Origin: Basidiobolus meristosporus CBS 931.73
Lineage: Eukaryota > Fungi > Basidiobolomycota
Length of the DNA stretch: 64,000 nt
Reading direction: 5' to 3'
Assembly: GCA_002104905.1 (NCBI GenBank)
Contig: MCFE01000176.1
Coordinates: forward strand, 1-64,000
Of this stretch, positions 23,900-37,593 are shown piece by piece (the first letter of the stretch is position 1; the number at the start of each line of letters is the position of its first letter). A program made the position numbers and the translations under genes. Under the pieces are notes generated by a model. It had not been told where the DNA came from. It searched no databases and saw only the letters and a program-made list of their open reading frames with translations.

Positions 23900-24430
23900 G
23901 AATATCTAGGTGCAATTACAAGTTTTTATAACAGTCACAATGCTGGCAGCTTTGAACTCTTGACCCCCTTCTTAATGTTATGGCAGGATTGTGATGGTGT
24001 TTTGATGGCCTTTTAGTAAGGTTTATATAGTATTCAAGCAGCTCTAATATGGCCTACATTTATTTGACAGGACCTAACTGGCCAATATGTGTAGTTAATT
24101 GATTTCACTGTAGAGTTGTGCCTCTTTGTTAGCTTATCCACCACTACTATGGGTATTTCACATATAGCTCAAATAAAGAAAAATATAGCCACCTTCTTAC
24201 CTATCTCTACATATGCGCACCTACTGCAATTGACAAATCTCTATCACCTTAATACTGGCTTTTCAGTGCAATACTTGCAAAGTTGCTGTATGCCATGTAT
24301 TACTGGCAACATACACATTTTGCAAACATATGCTAGGTTGCTGCAATTTTGGCTATGAAAGCCTCTTCAATGTCAGCAAAAAACTTTTCAGTACTTTGCC
24401 AATATATTCCTTTTCCCTGCTGAATCCTAG
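23900..24430 (-). mobile_element. CACTA/EnSpm-like transposase remnant, 3' part (continues at 36934-37400 across the gypsy insertion)
   Basis: Reverse complement aligns by eye with 62380-62850 (GIYW...FADI...HMFA.C.CC); continuity is restored when 24431-36933 is removed. Confidence 0.7.
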
Positions 24431-25848
24431 TGTTGTATCCAAGAGAAAAGTGTAATAAAACTCTTGAATAAGCTAACTGAACCTAAGTGACAACTAAGTG
24501 CAGAATCTTAGAGTTGTCAAGACTGACAGAAATATTAGCAGAGAGGTTCTGGTCCAATATTGGTCTTGTATATAGCTGAGTTGGGCTATAAAGGCAACAG
24601 AGTTGGTTTGCTCTGCAGGCTAGGCTTGGTGCTCTTGGGAGTGCTAGATATGTTAGGCTTGGGCAGAAACTAGAATGGAATTGTTGAATTCTTAATTTTG
24701 CTGAGGCACAATCTTAAATTTGTTAAGACACACACTAAACCAAAGGTTCAGTAAACTTTATTTATACTTTTCTGATCAAGTTGAATTAGTAAGCCCCAAG
24801 AGACTGGACTAACTGAAATCTGTTGGGGTGTTGATAGGTGCATAAGATAAATGAAAATTTGCATCATTAATCAGCTAATGTCTTGGCAACTGCTAAGTGG
24901 TTGGATAGATCTCAGATGACTTATCACTTGGAAAGGCTTAGCAGATCAGTTGCGAACGTAATGACCACATGAAAATTGATCAGGTGTTACAGCTAAAAAC
25001 AGGTTCTGAGAAGTGATAAAATAAACCATAACTGGGATTAGTTATGTTTGTGTTAGGGAAAATTGGTCAGGGTACTAGAATTTCTATCGGAGTAAAAAAG
25101 GCTAAGTTTTAAATGTTGATGCACAACATTGCTTCCTCCAAGGAGAGGAGTTTTCTGATATCTTCTAGGTTCCCCTGTGGCTCCAATGCTCATCAATGAT
25201 GGCAACATCATCAAAGTTGGTGTAAGGTTCCCAGGTGTTGTGTTTGGTGCCATAACCTTTCCACTTCACTAAATAAAGGCAATTCGGTTCTTCTCCATTA
25301 TGGTAGCAATAGCTTCAACTTCATAGGATTCTGAAGTAACTGGATTTTGAGATATGAGCTTCAGTGAAGAAGGTGCAAAGTTTTTGGGTAGCAGTGCTCT
25401 ATTATTGTCCTGAAGCTCATAAAATCCTCCAGTGGTATGTCTGACAACTTTGAATGGGCCTTCATATTTGGGGTCAAGTTTAGATTGTTGGATTGGATCT
25501 AGTGTCATAACATATGACCTATCTGGGAAGCTGCTGTTCCTGTGCTTTGAAGCATATGTTGAAGTCAGCTTTTGCTGTGAGGTCTTACTTCTGGCATGGA
25601 CAGCAGGGTAGACAATGCTGGTAAGGTACTCAAGTTGGTTCTTTAGCTTGTCTGTATTCTACTTTGCTAACTCTGTATTCTGGTAGTCTCCAAAGTGGTT
25701 GTATCTTCTTCCAAACATCAAAGAAAAGGTGTGGATCCATGTAGAGCGGCAATTTTGGTATTGATAGCATACTGTACAGTGGGAATGTACTTGTCCCAAT
25801 TCTTCTTAATACCCATGATAGATTTCCAATGATGTTCACTGAGGTCTT

Positions 25849-26197
25849 TGTTATAAAAATTTGCAATTCTTCCTAAATGTCCACCTAACTTAGTCACTTG
25901 GATCATTACCATCAAATCCTAGAGAATACTGACCAAATTCCTGGTTGGGATTTACTTTGAATATTTTAACCAAAGTACCAGGTACCCTGAGCATGAAAAT
26001 TCTCAAAGTTGTCCAAAGAGCCTCAAAATTTGCTCACATGTTCTTGGGACCCTCCTTAACCTACTCTACATGCTTGTAATGCCAAGACCATGTAAAAGTA
26101 TAAATACTACTCTTATATGCAATAAATCATTAAGTGAAAACCACATAATCTACTTGTCCTCCCAATCACTTCCAATATCTCCAAGACTCTTACAACA
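25849..26197 (+). mobile_element. Solo LTR of the copia family, inside the gypsy integrase
   Basis: 349 bp TG...CA, homologous to the LTRs of 30014-34694; TSD GTCTT/GTCTG. Confidence 0.88.
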
Positions 26198-27579
26198 GTC
26201 TGAACATATCTTTCAGCAAGTCCATTAGTTTTGGGATGATATGGAGTGATCAGATGGTGATCAATGGTGCTATTCTGGCAAAGGGATTTGATCACATGAT
26301 TTGCAAATTCTGTTCAATTATCCAATTGAATGACCTTAGGGAATGCAAATATGCAGCAGAGCTTGAATAGTGCTTGTGCAATAATGGCAGCATACTTCCC
26401 TGGGATAGCTTGGAGGAAGACAAAATGTGTGCAGACATCCACAATTACAAAGAGGGAGTGATTACCATCATCACTAATGGTGAAAGATCCAGCTAGATCA
26501 ATTGCAATATGATCCATAGGAAGGCTTGCATGGATGGGACTCAAAGGGTGAAATCCATGGTGGCTGATATTGTGAAGTTGACATTCTCTGCAAGACTTGA
26601 CAGATTCTAGGCAGTCAGCTTTGATATTTGGCCAGTGATATCCATCAGAGTGTAGCTTCTTCATAAGTATGGCAGCTCCAAAGTGGCCAAGTAAATGACT
26701 CCTTCATATCAATGTTTTCCTTTCATTGGCATGTGGGATTTTCCAAGTTGCTGAATCCAGTTGAGGAACTATCTTGGAAGTTGTAGTGAGCTTACTGATT
26801 ATGTCAGTTATCACATGTCTCTCCAAAGGTGAGGTTGGGAAAAGTCTTGAAAGGTGGTCAGGCAGGATGCCAAGTATTCCTAGGCAATGAATAACTATAT
26901 ATTAATAATCAAGTAGAGTATCAAGCCAGTTGGTCAGCATTGGAGTCAGAGTCTTTGAGTATAGATATGGACAAGGGCTTAGTGGTCAGTGTACAAAGTC
27001 AAAGGGCTACCCCATAAGTACTGATGAAACTTCTTCAAGGCAAAGACTATGGCAGGTAGCACCTTCTTGGTGGCAGAGTAGTTTCTCTCAGCAAATAGTA
27101 GGGATCTGGCTTGAAAAGAGATCCAGTAAGGTGGATTTTGGTCTTCATCCTGGTATATGACAGCCCCTACCCCAGCATTAGATGCATCTGCAGCAGCAAC
27201 AAAGGTCATAGTAAAGTGTAGGTAGGCTAGGGTGGGTGCTTGTGGGAGCAAGTGGCAGAGTGACTCAAATGCTTGGTCATGAACCTTGTTCCAGGCTGAG
27301 AGAAGATCAGGACTATGGTGTAATGCATCCATAGGGGCACTCAATGAGGACATGAGAGGAATGTGTTCCCTGAAATAGTTGAATACTCCAAGATAATGCT
27401 AGAGTTGCTTAGCACTAGTGGGTTTTGGCCATTCAGGAATATTGACCAGTTTGAAAGGGTCAAGTTGGTGGTCATCTGGTGTGACTATGAATCCAAGTAG
27501 ATTGATCTTGAGACAAGCAAAACTGCACTCTTCAGCATTGAGAATCAGTCCAGCAGCTGTCAGTCTATTGACGACATTA

Positions 27580-28305
27580 TGGTAGAGTAAACATATCTCC
27601 CATGGACAAGTTTATTCACATAGCTATTACATTGTACTTATCCATATTTTATCTTATCAGTATTATCCCATTCTTCTTTTGCTCATATTATTTGTATTAT
27701 CCCCATATGATGTCTACCCTGATTAGTTATTAGCATTAGCTATCCTAGATGTTATTTAGTTTTGTGACCTGTATATGTGTCCACATTAGGCAAGTACCCG
27801 CATCAGTGCCCATGACACATGACCTAAGTTTGTGTTTCCATCCCTACAATTTAAATACCATATATGGAGTCTTTATGTTGCACAGGTTTCAGACTACTGA
27901 TCCCTGATTGGTAGGATGTGCTGCGCCTTTTAAAACCTTCCAGGACATTCTTGGCATAATTTTAGCTTATAGTATTGTCATCAAGAAATTCACTGATGCC
28001 TGGAATTTTCTAGAACCCTGTCATTGGTAATCACTTGGCAATTAGGAAAAGTATTTAAGGGAAGTCAATCCCTCATCAATAAATCATCCCTTCTATCAGT
28101 AACACTTCTCCTTTATTGATTAGCAGTTGATCACTGCACCTGCCTTCAACAGTACATCTCAGACCTGCCATCAAGGAGCTTTTCAGGGTAGCACACAAGA
28201 CACACCAAGGCTTTTGGGGACACTTGGAGCACCTAGAAGGCTAGAGAAGCAGGAGCTTTTACCACAGTGACATATTGACAAAGACACCAGCAGTTTAGAC
28301 CCAGA
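27580..28305 (+). mobile_element. Truncated solo-LTR-like element related to family X, at a junction where part of the gypsy RT is deleted
   Basis: Similar to 50190-50950 (ttaggcaagtaccc, ctgattggt.ggatgtgctg.gcc, TATA-like aagtatttaaggga); ends not resolved. Confidence 0.6.
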
Positions 28306-30013
28306 GGCTATTATAGTGATAGTGAGGAAAAGATATCCTGGATTCTTGAAATTGGAAATTTAAAATCTTGGAGAAGCTTGTTCAGAGGTCTAGGACCCAG
28401 ATAGAGTCTCTTCAGAGTTAGATTTCCATCAGTGTCTTTTTCAGGTGCAAGCATCAAAGGGCTGTTGAATGTTGCAGTGACAGGGGCTTGCATGATAATT
28501 ACATTGTCAGCCCACTTTTGGACTATTTCATCAACTAAGTGTTGACAAGAATGAAGAATTAGGTATTGCCTCCTCCATGTTGTCTCACCAGGTGGGGTTT
28601 CTAGCATTACAATGGATTCTGGAATAGTGCAGAAACTGTTCCTGGGAATGGCTTGGTTTCTTTCTATGGCTAGCTGAATATGCAATTTGACTGATTGAGA
28701 ATATTCTTGAAAAGTTGTATTGACTCCTCTGCTTCCAGAAGGGGTGAGATAGTCTCTGGAATCTGATCCATTATGAGTGGCTGAGATTTAGTGATTCCAG
28801 GATACAAAACTGGTAGTCCACCTATGTGAAAGCCAAGTTTGGTGAAGGTGTCTGGACTAATGACTATCTGAGGTCCATCTGGAATGTCAACAGCTTCTAT
28901 TTGATGGATTATAGTCATTGAGCCACAATGTATGCTGATTGGGTTGGTGATACCAATTCTTGGGGCTGAGAGGTCCTTAGCTGCAAGTATGATTTTTCCT
29001 GGTTGCTTTTCTATTTCCAATTTGAGTTCTTTGACTACATTAGGTGATACAATAGAGTTGGATGATCCATATCCAGTAGTGCTACATATGATTGGCTGTT
29101 GAGTTTGAGTGGCACCTCTATAGCTTTTGGCTGCGCATTTGGTTGCTTCTTTTCTTGAACAGTTGCAATTTTAGCCAGAATTTCAAAGAGGTTGTGGTAA
29201 TTCTGAGCTGTAAGTTCTTCACATGCTTCCTCATACCCTGTCAATTCATTGGTTGAATATTCATCTAGGATCCGGGTAATCTTTGTCAATGGTGAAGAGT
29301 TCTTCTCAGGACAGGCAGGTGATCTATGTCCCATCTTTCCACATATAATGCATTTGTCATCAGCACATGGATTATCAGTTTTGGTATTTTGCAGATTCTC
29401 TGATGTATTTCCTGACTTGTTTGACAGCTTAGTGATGCCTTTGCACTCACTAGTAGAGTGATAGCATCTTCCATGAAGCTCACAATGCTTTGTAATGGTT
29501 GACTTCTTTTTGGTCACATGACTGCTCTCTTTTCTGGTTGTTGATGCATCTTGAGTGGAGTTGCCTGAAGCCTGGCCAACAGCTATAGTCATGGTGATTG
29601 CAAGTGTACATATCTCTGAGATTTTGTCATAGGTACATGCAGGGTTGCATGCTTTGACAATAACAATATTGCTCTGTAGCTGGTGTGGACAGTTTGAAAG
29701 AAAATGAGAAGTAAGCAATGGATTGTCATCACTAACTACATCTGATTTCACTTGTCTCTGGAATCTATCACAGAAGTGTTAAACAGATTCACCTTTTGCA
29801 TTTTAATTTTCTATAGGTTGCAGTTTAGATGCGCTTTCTTGAGGGGATCCTGAAAAAAATGGCCACAAAAGAGGTTCTGAGCAACTTTCCATGTCCTATT
29901 GGAAGGAATGCTTGCTTCAACCCAGTCAGCATCTTGCATAGTGAGAGAGACAGAGGCAGAAGTCTAGCCCAATTGGTTTTAGGTTTAGCTGCTATGCAGC
30001 TAAGACTTGACAA

Positions 30014-33000
30014 TGTTGTAGGGGTCTTGGAGATATTGGAAGTGACTGGGAGAACAAGTAGATTATGTGGTTTTCACTTAATGATTTATTGAATGTAAAA
30101 GTAGTGTTTATACTTTTACCTGGTCTTGGCATTGCAAACACGTAGAATAGGTTAAGGAAGGTCCCAAGAACATGTGTGCAAAGTTTGAGGCTGTTTGGAC
30201 AACTTTGAGAATTTTCATGCTCTGGGTACCTGGTATTTTGGTGAAAATATTCCAAGTAAATCCCAACAAGGAATTTGGTCAGTATTCTCTAGGATTTTAA
30301 GGTGATGATCTAAGGGACTAAGTTAGGTGAATATTTAGTTGGAATTACAAATTTTTACCACACTCCCACTAAGCTAAATATTCATACTGACTAGTCCTAA
30401 TTTTGGCCTAAGATATTCAAACTTGTCTCTAGCTAATGGTTTGGTAAATATGTCTGCAATTATTTCATCTGTAGGACAGTAAACTAAGCTAACTAAGTTA
30501 TTCTCTATAGCTTCACATATGAAATGATGTCTAATATCTATGTGCTTGGTTCTAGCATGAAAAGTTGGATTTCTACCTAATTGTATACATCCCTGATTAT
30601 CTTGTAATAAAGTAATAGGCATTTTTTGACATAGGCCTAAATCTGTAAAGAGTTTTCTTAACCACATTGCTTTTTTTGTGGCTTCACAGGCTGCCATATA
30701 CTCTGCCTCTGTGGTGGAAAGTGCGACGGTTGGTTGCTTTCTTGAATTCCATGAAATTGCTCCTTCACAGTAAAGAAAGGTGTATCCTGTGGTGGATCTT
30801 CTGTCTTCTAAATTTTGTCCCCAATCTGCATCAGAGTATCCCACAAGATCCTGTTCTGAATCCTTATAAGTGTATCTTAAGCAGATATTAGCAGTTCTTT
30901 TAGGTATCTAAAAATCCGCTTAACTGCTGTAGTATGATCAGATCCATAGTTCTGATTATGTTAACTGACAACTCCCACTGAATATAAGATATCTGGATAT
31001 GTTCCAAGCATGATATACATCTGACTGCTGACCATAGATTGATAAGCAAAGTCAGGGCTTTCAGATGGCACCAAGATCTCTTGATTTGGTTGAGTTTTGA
31101 CCAAGTAAGGTTTGTCTCCATTGGGGTAGCTGCTGGGTTACAGTCTTCCATTTGGTACTTCTTTAGTATATCTTGAATATACTTGGATTGACTTAGGGTG
31201 ATAGTCTGGGTACTTCTGTCTATGGGGAACTTAATCCCTAAGTAGTAATTAAGTTCTCCTAGATTGGACATCTTGAACTCCTTAGATAGGCTGGATTTAG
31301 TGTTTTCCAATGTTTCTAGGTTATTGGCGGCTGTAATAAGATCATCCACATATAGAGCTAATAGAACTGAATTTGCTCTATCTGGCTTATAGTATATACT
31401 ATAGTCAGCATTACTTCTTTTGAAACTCAAAGATTCCAAATAAGAATCTATCTTACAATTCCAGGCTCTTGGTGATTGTTTGAGACCATATAGTGACTTT
31501 TTAAGCTTGCAGACCAAATGGGGGTTATCTTAGCCAACGAACCCATCAGGCTGGTCCATATACACATCCTCATCAAGTTCTCCACTCAAAAATGCAGTTT
31601 TTACATCCATCTGATGAATAAAAAACTTATATTTGGCTGCAATAACCAATATTAATCTGATGGTATTAAACTTGGCTACCAGTGTAAAGGTCTCAGTATA
31701 GTCAAGTCCTCTTGTTTGAGAGTATCCTTTGGCTACAAGTCTTGCTTTGTATCTTTCAATTGTACCATCAGCCTTGTATTTTGTCTTGAAGACCCATCTG
31801 CATCCAATTGATTTTCAGTTGATTGGTAATTTGACTAAGTCCCAAGTTTGATTTTCCATCAGGGCCTGATATTCCTCAGTCATAGCAGATCTCCAAACTT
31901 TGTCTGAGGGCTATTTAGGACCTCTTTTACAGTCTGGGGTTCATCAGTATGGACTGAATAGGCATAGGCTAAGTTTGTACCCGCATTGATATAGTAATTT
32001 GGGCTATTTCTTGTCCAATTAGATCTCCAGGCATTTGATGCTGGAATGATCCATTCTGGGATACTCCTGGCTACTGATTCTGGCTGAACCACAGTTGTAG
32101 AGTCCTCTGGAGTGAAAGAATTCTCATTGTTTTGCTCTGATTCAATCCTGACAATTGGTGGACTTGAGATCAAATTTTTGTCATGCTCTGATGTCATTTT
32201 TTGTGAAAATTTTGCATTTTCATCAAATAACACATCCCTGGACTTGATCAGCTTCTTTGCTTTGGTATTGTAGAGTCTATATGCCTTACTCTCATTGCAG
32301 TAGCCCAAAAATATGTATTTTACACTTTTTGGCTCAGGTTTTGACTGATTTCCTGCCAGTTTTTTGGCATATGCTGTAAACCCAAATACTCTTAGATGTT
32401 CTGCACCTGGTCTGTATCCATACCATGCTTCAAATGGAGTAGAATCACAAAGTATTCTGTTATAACTCCTATTTTTAAGGTATACAGCAGTGGCAACTGA
32501 TTCCACCCAAAAATCATAGGATAATTTCTGATCATGGATCATAGATCTTGCTATATCAATTATTGATCTGTTAGCTTGTTCTGCTACTCCATTTTGCTGT
32601 GGGGAGTATGGCACAGTAGTCTCTTGCTTAATCCCATGAATTATGCAGAAGTGGATGAAGAGTTTTGAGGTATATTCTCCACCATTGTCAAGCGTATTTT
32701 CTTGATTTTTTCACCAGTTTCTCTCTCAACCATGGCTTTAAGCTCCCTGAGCTTACACAGAGCTGCTTCCTTTCTCTCCAGGAAGTAGACCCATGTGTAT
32801 CTTGTATAATCATCAATAAAAGTGATTAAATACTTCATCCCGCCTAAGGATAAATTTTGCATAGGTCCACACAGATCTGAGTGAATTAGATGTAATTTTT
32901 TCTTAGTTTTGATTAACCCAGAGCCCTTGAACAGTTGTCTGGCTTGTTTCCCATATATGCAGGCTTCACAGTGCTCCAAATTAGCTGGGAGATCAATTTT

Positions 33001-34694
33001 CACTCCAGAAATTAGCTGATCTTTGATTGCTTTGTGCAATTAATCAAAATTGATGTGCCCAAATCTCCTGTGCCAAAGCATTGGTGTTTCTTCATTTAAG
33101 TTACTTATATTGGCTTCCAGATATGATGGAATATAAGTAAACTTGTATAGATTCTGATCTCTGATGCCCAAAGCAATATGGACACCATTTTGATCAGTGA
33201 TCCTGCATCCAGAATTGTCAAAACTGAAACTGAGTCCTTCTGCTGTGGCCTTGCTTACAGAGAGTAAGTTCTTGGCTATTTCTGGTACATAGAGTACTTC
33301 TTTAAAGGTCAGTGTATGGCTTCCTTCACTGCTTCTAAGGTTTACTTGGATAGTTCCTTCCCCCACTGCATCAAGTGTTCTATTGTCACCCATGAAAACC
33401 TTCTCAATTGGAATTTCTTGATATTGGGTAAAAAGTTCTTTTTGGTGTGTAAAGTGTTGAGAAGCTCCAGAGTCAGTATACCACATCTAAGAATCCTTGT
33501 TTGTGGTCATATTTAGTGCAGATATGAATAGTCTATCTTCAGTTGTTGCAGCATTTCCATATTCAGGCTTCTTTTGCTGATAATCTCTCTTTTTGAGACA
33601 CCGGTCTGATGTGTGTCCTTTCCTTTTGCAGTAGTTACAAAACAGGTTGCTGTTGACTTTGCAGGGTCTTGGGTACCTCCTTTGTTGGTTATCATTGCTT
33701 ATTAAAGCATTTTCTTCTTCCTTCTTATTTGCGGTTGATTTTCTTAAATCTTCATCCAGGAGCCTTCCATATACGTAATTTAAGGTCAAATCTTCAGTTC
33801 TGGACTCTAGGGCTGATACAAGGCCTTGAAACTTGTCTGTCAGGCTATTCAGGATGGTAACTATCACATCCTCATCAGTAGTTGGTCTGCCCACAGATTC
33901 CATCTCATCTACTAGCAGGGTAATTCTGTTAATTAGATTTTTCATTTCTTCTCCTGGCAGTATCTTTGTAGTAAAGAGTTTTTGTCTCAGATACATTTTC
34001 TTGGCAGCTGAACATGACTGGTAGGTGTCTTCCAATGCTTTCCAGGCATTCTTTGCCATTTTTGCTCTTGAGCATTGAATTAGCAATTTGTCCTTAACAT
34101 TAAGGCAAATGCAGTTAAAGGCACTTTGTTCTTTCTTCTGGTACTTTAAGACTTCCTCTCCCATGTTTTTAGGAGGGCATTCTTCTCCCATGACAATATC
34201 CCAAAGGCCTCTTTCTTGTAGCTGCATTGTCATCTTCACCTTCCACACTTGGTAGTTAGATCCATCCAACTTTTCAGCAGAGGGAAAAATTCCAGTAATA
34301 GCAGTAGTAGACATTGCAGAGAGTGACAGCTTGGGGCTCATAACCTGTTGTAAGGGTCTTGGAGATATTGGAAGTGATTGGGAGAACAAGTAGATTATGT
34401 GGTTTTCACTTAATGATTTATTGAATGTAAAAGTAGTATTTATACTCTTACCTGGTCTTGGCATTGCAAACACGTAGAATAGGCTAAGAAAGGTCCCAAG
34501 AACATGTGTGCAAAGTTTGGGGCTGTTTGGACAACTTTAAGAATTTTCATGTTCTGGGTACCTGGTATTTTGGTGAAAATATTCTAAGTAGATCCCAACA
34601 AGGAATTTGGTCAGTATTCTCTAGGATTTGAAGGTGATGATCTAAGGGACTAAGTTAGGTGAATATTTAGGTGGAATTGTGAATTTTTACAACA
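30014..34694 (-). mobile_element. Full-length Ty1/copia retrotransposon (copy 1), inactivated by stops and frameshifts
   Basis: 349-bp LTRs 30014-30362 and 34346-34694; TSD GACAA/GACTA; PBS GGTTATGAGCCC; PPT GAGTGGGAG-like; gag CNYCKRKGHTSDRC, protease WYTDSGASQH, integrase HSDLCGP/PQQNGVAE, RT LYVDDL, RNase H YSDADWG. Confidence 0.96.
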
Positions 34695-35562
34695 GACTAA
34701 ACTTGTAAAGAAACTCAGTAAGATTATTTATGGCATTGGCTCCTTCAGCATAAAGAGGCAAGGATCTTAGGACAACCACCAGAGCAGGTCTAGAGGGAGA
34801 TGTAGATCTGGAGGATCCAAGGCTTGACTTCTTGGTGGCTGATTCAGAGCAAGGCTTAGTGGATTTTCTATGTTGTCAATTACAATGGTAACATTCTCCA
34901 GGGCTTTTTTGATAATTCCAAATTCATCTTGGTAACTGGAAATAACTTCAAGAAGTTCATCTATAAAATGATTGTCTGATCTTGTCATGGCAAGCTTTGA
35001 GTGCTCAAGCATCAAAGTACTTGTTTCATGCATAATGTTTTCAAGCTGTTCAGCTAGTTCTTCCTGATCCCTGTGGACTTCTTCCAACATGGAAAGATTT
35101 GGATTTCTTACTGCTGAGGTCACATTGTAACGCAGATGTATGTAATGGAATTCAACAAAAAAATGTTGTATCCAAGAGAAAAGTATAATCAAACTCTTGA
35201 ATGAGTTAGCTAAACCTAAGTGAGAACTAAGTGCAGAATCTTAGAATTGTCAAGAGTGACAGAAATATTAGCAGAGAGGCTCTGGTCTAATATTGTTCTT
35301 GTATATAGTTGAGTTGGGCTATAAAGGCAACAGAGTTGGTTTGCTATACAGGCTAGGCTTGGTGCTCTTGGGAGTGCTAGATATGCTAGGCTTGGGCAGA
35401 AACTAGAATGGAATTGTTGAATTCTTAATTTTGCTGAGTCACAATTTTAAATTTGTTGAGACATACACTAAACCAAAAGGTTTGGTAAACTTTATTTATA
35501 CTTTTATGATCAAATTGAATTACTAAGTGCCAAGAGACTTGACTAATTTGAATTTTTTGTGG

Positions 35563-36631
35563 TGTGGTGGTGTATATGTCTAAGGGAGAGATACATCCAA
35601 TACTTCCCAGGTGTTTTGTGTGTGGGTTGTTCACTGGGTGCAATAACCTCTGGCAAAGGCTTGCTAGGAATACTTGGGTTCTGTCTCTAACCTAATGTGA
35701 TGGGGAACAAAGCCACAAGCTTGTCAAGGGAAAGCTATCAAGCTACAATCCCCAACTTAGTTGGTGTCTTAGCAAAAGTATGTGCTGGGTTCAGCATCCT
35801 TTGAGATGACAATGTACTAAAGCTTCCAAAGTCAAAGTAACTGCAAACTCCATCAGCAAGGACTTGATAAGAATGCAGCTACGGTCAATAGTTACATAGA
35901 CAGAAAAATATCTTTGCCTGTACAAGAATAAACTTGGGAAAGAATCCAATCTAATAAAAGATACCTACTCTGAGTATTCCTCACAAGTAGTGCCTCTGAG
36001 GTTAGTTGGTTGTCAGTGTGGTTTCCTGGCAGTGTCCTGTAGTCTGGGGTTGGAAGTTCAGATAGCAGCAGGTAGCAGTGATCACACTATCAACAGTTGA
36101 TATATAGATAAAAGGGATGATGATATACTGTTGAGGGATTGCCTGCCATATGTAGTTTTCTCACTAGCTAAGTAATTACTAATCATGGTGTTCCAGAAGG
36201 CTCCATAGATCAATAGAAATCCTAATGACATCAGAATGAGCTAAGAGTATTCTAGGTAGGTGTTGGAAGGTTCTAAGAGGCACAGCGCATCCAACCAATC
36301 AAGACCCAATACTCTGAAACCTGTGTAACATGGGGATACCATACATGGTATAGAAATGGTAGGAAAGGTGACACAGGTTGGCTATGTGTTACAAGTACTG
36401 GCATGGGTACTTACCTAATATTGAAGCACTTACAGCTAGTAATCTTATATAAAGTGAGGGATGACTAATGCAATAAGGTAAGCAGGTGAGATAGTCAGCT
36501 GGCTTATGAGATAGTACTAATCAAGTAAAACAATTGGGATAATACTAAAATAAGTGCTGTAGAGAAATGGGGAAGTAGAAAATATGCAAATGAGCACATC
36601 TGTCAGTGGGTATCACTGTGTCCCCACTACA
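35563..36631 (-). mobile_element. Family X solo-LTR-like element (~1.07 kb) inserted in the gypsy 5' LTR
   Basis: TGTGGTGGTG...CCCCACTACA; homologous to 49983-51053 and 57574-58652; the gypsy LTR resumes after it; degenerate 4-bp flanks GTGG/ACAG. Confidence 0.85.
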
Positions 36632-36933
36632 ACAGTGTTGATAGGTGCATAAGATAAATTAAAATTTGCATCATTAATCAGCTGATGTCTTGGCAACTGC
36701 TAAGTAATTGGATAGATATCAGATACTAATCACTTGGTAAGGCTTAGTGGATCAGTTGAGGACATTATGACCACATGAAAATTGATCAGATGTGACAGCT
36801 AAAAACAGATTCTGAGAAGTGATAAAATAAACCATAACAGGGATTAGTTATATTTGGGTTAGGGAAAATCAGTTAGGGTACTAGATTTTCTAACATAGTA
36901 AAATAGGCTAAGTTTTAAATGTTGATGCAAACA

Positions 36934-37400
36934 CCTAGTCCTTTTGATAGGTGTGCCCTTGTTCTTTCTTGTGGAGATTCTGTATAGTGAAGTGTTGAAA
37001 TTGGCTTGTACCTATGAGATATCTGGCATACTTTGGTAAAGTTGCCATAATAAAAGTCAGTTGCTTGGTGTGGCCAGCTCAACTTGGCTGTACTTCACAG
37101 ATTACCTGTGGATTGGGGCTGTGCAGCTTCCTAATGGCAAAGGCATAGGTGTAGTCATGTGCACCTTTAGACTCCTTATTTTCCAGCTCTTTGTGTCTGT
37201 CCTCCACACACCAACTCATCAATTCCATGCCAGTCATTGAGGTTTCATTCATGATGAGACTGAGATATGGTGGTACTTGCAACTTGACTATTCTTCCCAT
37301 CAGCTTAATGCTTGCTGTATAGACACTCAGGTGACATTACCAACCCTTTGCATAAAAGTTTTAGATGTGCTATATTAGCCTTGGTAATCCACCCTTGATT
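36934..37400 (-). mobile_element. CACTA/EnSpm-like transposase remnant, continuation
   Basis: Homologous to 62100-62390 (ELEN...AH..TYA..I.KL.SPN). Confidence 0.65.
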
Positions 37401-37593
37401 CACTATTCCTACAGCGTCAACACATGACTCCTGATGCCTCCAGTTTACTTGGGGTAGAAGCTACTTTAGAAGGCCCCTTGAATAAATACATATGAGGTTC
37501 ATTCAATCCTTGCATTTGTATTATCACACATATGTTGGATATCTATTGGTGCTTATGGGGGATTTGTTTAACATTTTAATTACATTTAGATAT

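Larger units (their letters stand above)
24431..36933 (-). mobile_element. Full-length degenerate Ty3/gypsy chromovirus carrying nested insertions
   Basis: LTRs 24431-25128 and 35164-36933 (the latter split by a solo element); perfect 5-bp TSD CCTAG; PPT beside the left LTR; gag with CCHC knuckle CIICGKMGHRSPAC, protease ALLD, RT, RNase H DASNAGVGAV...YTDH, integrase IAIDLAG/PYHPKTNGLAER, chromodomain YEVEAI...YLVKWKGY...NTWEP. Confidence 0.93.

Noticed and set aside
30014-34694. Neurospora-type RIP (CpA to TpA)
   Set aside because: Some CAA/CAG-to-stop changes exist, but LTR-pair differences include T-to-C and A-to-G in mixed contexts, and CA/TG remain abundant; only CpG loss is clear
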